Source of the DNA: Delftia acidovorans NBRC 14950
GTDB taxonomy: Bacteria > Pseudomonadota > Gammaproteobacteria > Burkholderiales > Burkholderiaceae_C
Length of the DNA: 32,000 bases
Direction of reading: 5' to 3'
Assembly (NCBI RefSeq): GCF_001598795.1
Contig: NZ_BCZP01000016.1
Coordinates: 60,001 to 92,000 of the forward strand
The notes below the pieces were generated by a model. The model saw nothing but the letters and a program-made list of their open reading frames with translations. It did no database searches and was not told the origin of the DNA. Shown here in pieces: positions 26,160-32,000 of this stretch. Position 1 is the stretch's first letter, and every line of letters starts with the position of its first letter. Position numbers and translations under genes: made by a program.

Positions 26160-27077
26160 CTATGGTGTCCTGGTTGCTGCGCGTGCGGCAGCGCGCGGGC
26201 CGCCGCGCTGCTTGACCACGGTGCGTGCGCAGTCCACCAGCCTGTGGATCAGCGGCAGCCGTGCCGACGAGCGCAGCCACATCACGCCAAAGCGCCGCGA
26301 CTGCGATTCCTCGGGCAGGGCCAGGCGCACCACGCCCTGGCCATCGGGCAGGTTCAGTGCCGTGTCTGGCACCAGCGAAACGCCCAGGCCGCGCTCCACC
26401 ATCATGGCAATGGCCACCAGCGAGCTCAGTTCAAAGCGTTCCTGCGGCGCAATCTGCGCGGCGCGCAGGTAGCGCTCCACCATTTGCCCGCCGCCCAGGC
26501 TGCGGTCATAGCGGATCAGCGGCTGGGTGCGCAGCAGCGTGTGCGGGTCCAGGTGCGCCAGCTGGTGCGGCACCAGCAGCACCAGCGGCTCCTCGCGCAG
26601 CAGTGTCCAGTCGAAGGTCTTGGCCAGGGCGAATGAGGGGTGCAGGCAGACAGCCGCATCCAGCTCGCCCTGCTGCACGGCCTGGTACAGCTCGCGCGTG
26701 GTGGCCGAGCGCAGGAAGACCTTGGTCTGCGGGCACTTCTTCACAAAGCCCGCCAGGATGTCGGGCAGCAGGCTGTGCAGGGCCGTGTTGATGGTGCCTA
26801 TCACCAGCTCGCCGTCGGCGCCATCATGGTTGACATGGGTCTTGGCGTTGGCCAGCTCGCGCAGCAGCAGCGGGGTCGATTGCGACAGCCGGTGGCCGGC
26901 TGGGGTGGGCAGCACGGTGCGGCCTGCGCGGGCCAGCAGGGGGGCGTCGAACTCGCGCTCCAGGATGCGGATCTGCTGGGCCACGGCGGCGGCCGTGATG
27001 TTCAGGCGCCGCGCGGCCTCGGCCATGGAGCCCGTCTCGACCACGAGCAGGAAGCTGTGCAGGTAGCTGGTTTCCAT
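26160..27077 (-). CDS. LysR family transcriptional regulator (divergent from the CitE-like/Bug/CoA-transferase operon)
   Basis: METSYLHSFLLVVETGSMAEAARRLNITAAAVAQQIRILEREFDAPLLARAGR, 305 aa. The 840-aa track ORF (26160..28682) is this gene plus a stop-free antisense extension. Confidence 0.9.
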   Translation of the reverse strand: METSYLHSFLLVVETGSMAEAARRLNITAAAVAQQIRILEREFDAPLLARAGRTVLPTPAGHRLSQSTPLLLRELANAKTHVNHDGADGELVIGTINTALHSLLPDILAGFVKKCPQTKVFLRSATTRELYQAVQQGELDAAVCLHPSFALAKTFDWTLLREEPLVLLVPHQLAHLDPHTLLRTQPLIRYDRSLGGGQMVERYLRAAQIAPQERFELSSLVAIAMMVERGLGVSLVPDTALNLPDGQGVVRLALPEESQSRRFGVMWLRSSARLPLIHRLVDCARTVVKQRGGPRAAARAATRTP

Positions 27078-27086
27078 AAACAAAGA

Positions 27087-27107
27087 ATTTGTGTGGTTTG
27101 AACAAAT
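27087..27107. promoter_or_regulatory. Inverted repeat, candidate LysR operator in the 66-bp divergent control region
   Basis: ATTTGT-N9-ACAAAT lies in the most AT-rich stretch of the window, between the LysR ATG (27077) and the CitE-like ATG (27144). Confidence 0.35.
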
Positions 27108-27143
27108 ATTACCTGTGTTTCTCTTGGCTTTCTGCCGCCCACA

Positions 27144-28022
27144 ATGCGGTGCATGAGAAGCAAACTGTTTGTTCCTGCATCGCGTCCCGAGTTGTTCGCC
27201 AAGGCCCTGGCCGGCGAAGCCGACGCACTGTCCTTCGACCTGGAGGACGCGGTGGCCGAGGCCCGCAAGGACGAGGCGCGCGGCCTGCTGCGCAGCTTCC
27301 TGCTCAGCCCTGAAAGCCGGGGCCACGGCAAGACGCTGATCGTGCGCGTCAACGCCATGGACACGCCGCATTTCGGTGCCGACATCGCCGAGATGGTGCG
27401 CGACGGCGTGCACCTCATCAACCTGCCCAAGCCCGAGACCGTGCAGCAGGTGCGCGAGGCCGCACAGCGCATTGCCGAGGCGGCAGATGCCAACGGCGTG
27501 GCCCAGGCGCCTGGCCTGCTGCTCAACATAGAAACACCCCGCGCCCTGCGCTGCGCTGCCGAACTGGCCAGCGCCCATGCCAGCGTGGCCGGCCTGCAGA
27601 TGGGTCTTGGCGATCTGTTCGAGCCCTTTGGCGTGAACCGGCGCGAGCCCGCCGCCATTGCCCAGGCGCTGTTTGCCGTGCGCATGGCCGCCGCCGAGGC
27701 CGGCGTCTACGCCTACGACGGCGCCTTTGCCGACATCCGCGACAGCGAAGGCTTCAGCGCCGAGGCCCGCCTGTCGCGCGGCCTGGGCTTTCTGGGCAAG
27801 ACCTGCATACACCCCAGCCAGATCGCCCTGGCCAATGCGGTCTACCAGCCCACCGAGCAGGAAATCGGGCACGCCCTGAAGGTGGTGGAGGCGGCCCGCC
27901 AGGCAGATGCCAACGCCCTGGGCGCCTATGTGGTGGACGGAAAGATGGTGGACAAGCCCTTTGTGCTGCGTGCCCAGGCCATCGTGGCTGCGGCGCACGC
28001 ACAAGGGCTGCTGGCGGCCTGA
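27144..28022 (+). CDS. HpcH/HpaI aldolase / citrate lyase beta (CitE)-like acyl-CoA lyase
   Basis: RSKLFVPASRPELFAKALAGEADALSFDLEDAV, LLLNIETPRAL and GFLGKTCIHPSQI fit the CitE / malyl-CoA / citramalyl-CoA lyase pattern. Start is ATG 27144 or 27153. Confidence 0.85.
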   Translation: MRCMRSKLFVPASRPELFAKALAGEADALSFDLEDAVAEARKDEARGLLRSFLLSPESRGHGKTLIVRVNAMDTPHFGADIAEMVRDGVHLINLPKPETVQQVREAAQRIAEAADANGVAQAPGLLLNIETPRALRCAAELASAHASVAGLQMGLGDLFEPFGVNRREPAAIAQALFAVRMAAAEAGVYAYDGAFADIRDSEGFSAEARLSRGLGFLGKTCIHPSQIALANAVYQPTEQEIGHALKVVEAARQADANALGAYVVDGKMVDKPFVLRAQAIVAAAHAQGLLAA

Positions 28023-28103
28023 ACGGGCGGCCGGCAATCCGGTGCCCCGGCATCCCGCATGCCGGGCATCCCCATGACAAGAAACAGTACAGGAGACAAA
28101 GAC

Positions 28104-29108
28104 ATGAGCATTTCCCATTGCCGCGCGCGGCGCAGGCTGGTGGCGCTGGCCGCCACCACAACGGTGGCCACGCTGGCCGGGCTGGCTTCGCCGGGATTGA
28201 TGGCGCAGGGCGCCTTCCCGTCCAAGGCCATCACCATGGTGGTTCCCTATCCGCCGGGAGGCTCCAACGACGTGTTCGCACGCCAGGTCGCCAAGGAAAT
28301 GGGCGATCTGCTCAAGCAGACCGTGATCGTGGACAACCGGCCCGGCGCCAGCGGCAACACCGGCACGGCCTCGGTGGCCAAGGCGACGGCGGACGGCTAC
28401 ACGCTGGTGGCGGTCTCGTCCAGCATGACCACGAATGCCGCGGTGCAGGCCAAGATGCCCTTCGACCCCGTCAAGGACCTGGCGCCCGTGGCCATGTTTG
28501 CCAAGGGCCCGCTGGTGGTGGCCGTGAACAACGAATTCCCGGCCAGGACGCCGCAGGATCTGGTGCGCGCCATCAAGGCCAGCCCGGGCCAGTTCAACTA
28601 CGCCACCTCGGGCACCGGCAGCATCAACCACTTCGCGACCGAGATGATGCGCTCCATGGTGCCGGGCATGGACATCATGCATGTGCCCTACAAGGGACAG
28701 GGTCCGGCCGTGACCGACGTGATCGGCAACCAGGTGCAGATGCTGGTCTCCAGCGGCCCGTCCATCCTGCCCATGGTGCGCAACGGCAAGCTGCGCGCCA
28801 TCGGCATCACCAGCCTCAAGCCCAGCCCCATTGCGCCGGACCTGACGCCCATGGCAACGGCCATCCCGGGCTACGAATTCGATCTGTGGTGGGGGCTGCT
28901 GGCGCCTGCGGGCACGCCCGCCGACATCGTGGACCGCCTCAACCAGGCCGTGAACCAGGTGCTGGCCAAGCCGACCATCCAGGCCAGCTTCCTGCGCGAA
29001 GGCGCCATTGCCAACCCCGTGACGCCGCAGCAGTTCGCGCAGGTGATCCGCAGCGACGTAGCGCGCTGGAAGCAGCTCGCCAAGGACCGCAATATCCAGG
29101 CCGACTGA
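28104..29108 (+). CDS. Tripartite tricarboxylate transporter substrate-binding protein (Bug/TctC family)
   Basis: AGGAGA lies 8 nt upstream of ATG 28104. Signal peptide with RARRRLVALAA...AQG, the Bug signature KAITMVVPYPPGGSNDVFAR, and VPYKGQGPAVTDVIGNQV. Confidence 0.9.
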   Translation: MSISHCRARRRLVALAATTTVATLAGLASPGLMAQGAFPSKAITMVVPYPPGGSNDVFARQVAKEMGDLLKQTVIVDNRPGASGNTGTASVAKATADGYTLVAVSSSMTTNAAVQAKMPFDPVKDLAPVAMFAKGPLVVAVNNEFPARTPQDLVRAIKASPGQFNYATSGTGSINHFATEMMRSMVPGMDIMHVPYKGQGPAVTDVIGNQVQMLVSSGPSILPMVRNGKLRAIGITSLKPSPIAPDLTPMATAIPGYEFDLWWGLLAPAGTPADIVDRLNQAVNQVLAKPTIQASFLREGAIANPVTPQQFAQVIRSDVARWKQLAKDRNIQAD

Positions 29109-29166
29109 ACCCGGCCTTTGGCGGGAGGTGCCCCAGGCCTTCCCGCTTCCCTATCAGGAGAAACGA

Positions 29167-30330
29167 ATGAGTTTTGTGCCCGGTGAACGCCAGGGACCGA
29201 AAGGCCCGCTCAGCGGTGTGCGCGTGCTGGATCTGAGCGCCTATATCGCGGGGCCTTATGGCTGCTCGCTGCTGGCGGACCAGGGCGCCGAGGTGATCAA
29301 GGTCGAGCCGCCCGTGGGCGACAACCTGCGCAAGTACCCCTCCACGCTGGAAGCTGAAAGCCGCGCCTTCCTGGGCGTGAACCGCAGCAAGTGGGGCATG
29401 GTGCTGGACCTGAAGGATGAGGCCGACCACGCCGTGCTGCTGCGCCTGGTGCGCGAGGCCGATGTGCTGGTCCACAACTTCCGGCCCGGCGTGCCCGAGC
29501 GGCTGGGCATCGGTTTTGCGCAACTGGCCGCCATCAACCCACGCCTCATCTATTGCAGCGTCACCGGCTATGGCAGCCGCGGGCCGCTCAAGGCCAAGGC
29601 GGGCTACGACCAGGTGCTGCAGACCATGACCGGCATGTGCGCCATGCAGGGCAAGGCAGGCGGGCCGCCCGAGATTCTCTATGGCTCGGTGGTGGACTAC
29701 TACGCCTCGGCCCTGGTGGCGGGCGGTGTGTCGTCGGCGCTGTACGAGCGCGAGAAAAGCGGGCTGGGCCAGCATGTGGGCGTGTCCCTGCTGCGCGCGG
29801 CGCTGACCATGCAGTCCGCACGCATGGTCTGGGCCGAGGGCGAGCCGCGCGAGGTGGGGCGCGACATGCGCTCCGGCGGCATCACGGGCATCCACCCGAC
29901 GCGCGAAGGTTATCTCTACATTTCGGCCAACACCGCGCATTTCTGGGCGGCGCTGTGCCGCAAGCTGGATCTGCCGGAGGTGGCCAGCGACGAGCGCTAC
30001 GACTCCGTGCGCAAGCGCGCCCAGCACCGCGATGTGCTGGTGCCCCTGCTGCGCCAGGCGCTGGCGGGGCGCAGCGCGCTCGAATGGGAAGCCTTGTTCG
30101 GCGAGGAAGTGCCCTGCGCGGCGGCCCGCACGGTGGAAGACATGTTCGACGACCCGCAGGTGCAGGCCGAGGGCATGGTCACCCGCTTCGAGCACCCGAC
30201 CCTGGGCAGCTACCGGGGCTTTGCCGGCGCCGTCGAATTCGACCGCACACCCGGCCCGCCGGCCTTTGCCGCGCCCACGCTGGGCCAGCATACCGAGGCG
30301 CTGAAGGCCGCCGCGCAAGAGAGCCGCTGA
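29167..30330 (+). CDS. Family III CoA-transferase (CaiB/BaiF/Frc-like)
   Basis: AGGAGA lies upstream of ATG 29167. GVRVLDLSAYIAGPYGCSLLADQGAEVIKVEPP, and the catalytic-Asp region AGYDQVLQTMTGM. Confidence 0.9.
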   Translation: MSFVPGERQGPKGPLSGVRVLDLSAYIAGPYGCSLLADQGAEVIKVEPPVGDNLRKYPSTLEAESRAFLGVNRSKWGMVLDLKDEADHAVLLRLVREADVLVHNFRPGVPERLGIGFAQLAAINPRLIYCSVTGYGSRGPLKAKAGYDQVLQTMTGMCAMQGKAGGPPEILYGSVVDYYASALVAGGVSSALYEREKSGLGQHVGVSLLRAALTMQSARMVWAEGEPREVGRDMRSGGITGIHPTREGYLYISANTAHFWAALCRKLDLPEVASDERYDSVRKRAQHRDVLVPLLRQALAGRSALEWEALFGEEVPCAAARTVEDMFDDPQVQAEGMVTRFEHPTLGSYRGFAGAVEFDRTPGPPAFAAPTLGQHTEALKAAAQESR

Positions 30331-31187
30331 TGCACGCACTGCCCGCTGGCGCCTGCGACGCCCATCTGCATGTCTTCGATCCGCGATTTGGTACGCGATT
30401 TGGTACGCGTTTTGATACGCGTTTTGATACGCGTTTTGGCGCCCATGCCACGGCTGCCGACTATGCGCAGCTGCGCGGCGCCATGGGGCTGGAGCGGGCC
30501 GTCATCGTCCAGCCGCGTGCGCATGGCACGGACAACCGCGCCACGTTGCACGCCATCCAGTCGCTGGGCGCTGCAAGCACGCGCGGCATTGCCGTAGTGC
30601 ACCCCGATATCACCGACGCACAGTTGCAGGCGCTGCATGACGGCGGCATTCGCGGCATCCGCTTTTCGCTGCACACCGAGCACGATGCAGCCGTGCGGCT
30701 GGACATGCTGGAGCCGTTGGCCGAGCGCATTGCCGCGCTGGGCTGGCATGTGCAGCTGCACTGGCTGGCCAGCCAGATCGAGGCCCATGCGGCGCTGCTG
30801 CAGCGGCTGCCATGCACCCTGGTGTTCGACCACATGGCGCGGCTCGCTGACAGTGCTGACGGCGCTGGCGTACACCAGCCCGCCTTCGGCGTGGTCCGCG
30901 GGCTGGTGCAGCAGGGCAGGGCCTGGGTCAAGCTCTCGGGCCCGTATCTGAACAGCCGGGCGGGCCTGGCCGCAGGCTATGCCGACTGCGACGCGCTGGC
31001 GCAGGCCTGGGTGGCCGAGGCCCCGCAGCGCCTGGTCTGGGGCAGCGACTGGCCCCATGTCACCGAAGCTGCTCATCCGCCGCAGACCCCCATGCTGCTG
31101 GCGCTGCTGTCGCGCTGGATTCCCGATGCGGCGCTGCGCGCCCGCGTGCTGGTGGACAACGCCGCCGAGCTGTACGGATTCGATTGA
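30330..31187 (+). CDS. Amidohydrolase-2 family hydrolase, LigI (2-pyrone-4,6-dicarboxylate lactonase)-like
   Basis: CDAHLHVF (D-x-H-x-H), HGTDNRATLHAIQ, RGIAVVHPDI, GGIRGIRF, VFDHMAR and VWGSDWPH. Its ATG overlaps the upstream TGA (TGATG at 30328-30332). The 544-aa track ORF starting at 29553 is an off-frame upstream extension. Confidence 0.85.
   Translation: MHALPAGACDAHLHVFDPRFGTRFGTRFDTRFDTRFGAHATAADYAQLRGAMGLERAVIVQPRAHGTDNRATLHAIQSLGAASTRGIAVVHPDITDAQLQALHDGGIRGIRFSLHTEHDAAVRLDMLEPLAERIAALGWHVQLHWLASQIEAHAALLQRLPCTLVFDHMARLADSADGAGVHQPAFGVVRGLVQQGRAWVKLSGPYLNSRAGLAAGYADCDALAQAWVAEAPQRLVWGSDWPHVTEAAHPPQTPMLLALLSRWIPDAALRARVLVDNAAELYGFD
30382..30439 (+). repeat. In-frame 12-bp tandem repeat (about 4.8 units) inside the amidohydrolase CDS
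   Basis: CGCGATTTGGTA x2 (identical), CGCGTTTTGATA x2 (identical) and a partial CGCGTTTTGG. These encode RFGT-RFGT-RFDT-RFDT-RFGA. The repeat is locally AT-richer than its flanks. Confidence 0.95.
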
Positions 31188-31250
31188 GGGTGCGGGGCAC
31201 GCAAGCCTCGCAGCCCAGGTTTTCACCATTGAGCAACAGGAGACAGAAAC

Positions 31251-32000
31251 GTGAAGAAGATCAAGACACTGCGGCCCGCCATGACGGTGCTGGCCTTGGG
31301 TATTGGGGCGGGGCTGGGCCTGTTCCAGGGCACGCTGCATGCGGCCGACTATCCGGCCGCGCAGGCCATCACGGTCGTCGTGCCGTTCTCGGCCGGTGGC
31401 GGTGCGGACAATGCGGCGCGCATCATCGCCAAGGCGCTGGGCGAGGTCTCGGGCCAGACCGTGGTGGTGGACAACAAGGCCGGCGCCAGCGGCGCCATTG
31501 GTGCCGCCCTCGTGGCGCGCGCCAAGGCCGATGGCTATACGGTGCTGTATGACGCATCGTCCTTCGCCATCAACCCCGCGTTGCGCAAGCTGCCCTATGA
31601 CCCGGCCAAGGACTTCATTGCCGTGTCCCAGGCCATCAGCGTGCCCAACATCCTCGTGGCGGCGCCGTCCTCGCCCTACAACAGCCTGGCCGACTTCATG
31701 AATGCCGCGCGGCAAAAGCCCGGCAGGCTCACCTATGCCTCCTACGGTCCGGGCAGCCTGGCCCAGATGGCGACGGAACTGCTCAAGGCAGACGCCAAGT
31801 TCGATGCCGTCCACGTTCCCTACAAGGGTGGGGCGCCCGCCATCGTCGATGTCATGGGCGGCCAGGTCGATGTGTACTTTGCCAACGCGGCCTCCAGCAT
31901 CAACTACGTCAAGGGCGGCAAGCTCAAGGCGCTGGCCGTGTCCTCGGCCAAGCGCATGCCGGACCTGCCCGACGTGCCCACGGTGGCGGAAAGCGGCATC
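31251..32000 (+). CDS. Second Bug/TctC-family substrate-binding protein, 3' end beyond the window
   Basis: Not in the ORF track because it has no stop within the window. CAGGAGA lies upstream of GTG 31251. VKKIKTLRPAMTVLALGIGAGLGLFQGTLHA-AD signal peptide, AITVVVPFSAGGGADNAARI, and VPYKGGAPAIVDVMGGQV. Confidence 0.85.
   Translation, partial: MKKIKTLRPAMTVLALGIGAGLGLFQGTLHAADYPAAQAITVVVPFSAGGGADNAARIIAKALGEVSGQTVVVDNKAGASGAIGAALVARAKADGYTVLYDASSFAINPALRKLPYDPAKDFIAVSQAISVPNILVAAPSSPYNSLADFMNAARQKPGRLTYASYGPGSLAQMATELLKADAKFDAVHVPYKGGAPAIVDVMGGQVDVYFANAASSINYVKGGKLKALAVSSAKRMPDLPDVPTVAESGI

Noticed and set aside
27078-28682. Upstream 535-aa extension of the 840-aa ORF 26160..28682 (-).
   Set aside because: Only the last 305 aa, from ATG 27077, form a LysR regulator with an N-terminal HTH. 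The remainder is antisense to the CitE-like and Bug genes and has shadow-ORF composition.
29553-30329. N-terminal 259 aa of the 544-aa ORF 29553..31187 (+).
   Set aside because: This is an off-frame overlap of the CoA-transferase gene with Arg/Gly/Pro-rich composition. The amidohydrolase domain begins at ATG 30330, immediately before the DAHLH motif.
30382-30439. Considered whether the 12-bp tandem repeat could be a mini-CRISPR or a regulatory array.
   Set aside because: The units are contiguous with no spacers, far shorter than CRISPR repeats, and lie in frame inside a conserved CDS. I report it as a coding minisatellite instead.

Overview
High-GC (roughly 65%) betaproteobacterial chromosome segment. 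It looks Burkholderiales/Comamonadaceae-like; that is an inference from gene order and the Bug/TctC-type binding proteins, not a database hit. Nearly all of it is core housekeeping. Left to right: a partial AI-2E permease (-), then the 2-oxoglutarate dehydrogenase operon sucA-sucB-lpdA followed by zapE (+). Next come a secreted low-complexity coiled-coil protein (+), a stand-alone PP2C phosphatase (-) and a YoaA/DinG-family Fe-S helicase (+). After that: bamD (-), dnaE (+), clpS-clpA (+), cardiolipin synthase (+), sbcB exonuclease I (+), a SpmA/SpmB-type membrane protein (-), a VOC/glyoxalase-fold protein (+), tam methyltransferase (-) and its divergent LysR regulator (+). The right 6 kb is accessory-looking: a LysR regulator (-) divergent from CitE-like lyase, Bug binding protein, family III CoA-transferase, LigI-like amidohydrolase and a second partial Bug protein. 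I saw no rRNA, tRNA, CRISPR array, transposase, integrase, phage gene or recognisable defence gene. I cannot support a complete novel multi-gene system here. The things most worth a second look are: (1) a structured ~110-130 nt intergenic repeat present twice (after clpA and after sbcB), with a compensatory double substitution that preserves a hairpin; (2) a perfect in-frame 12-bp tandem repeat (RFGT/RFDT units) right after the HxH motif of the LigI-like amidohydrolase; (3) the uncharacterised CoA-dependent catabolic cluster at 26.2-32 kb; (4) the secreted coiled-coil protein and orphan PP2C phosphatase beside yoaA. The many very long antisense ORFs in the track are high-GC shadow ORFs. Several track ORFs carry spurious N-terminal extensions, and I have trimmed their starts.
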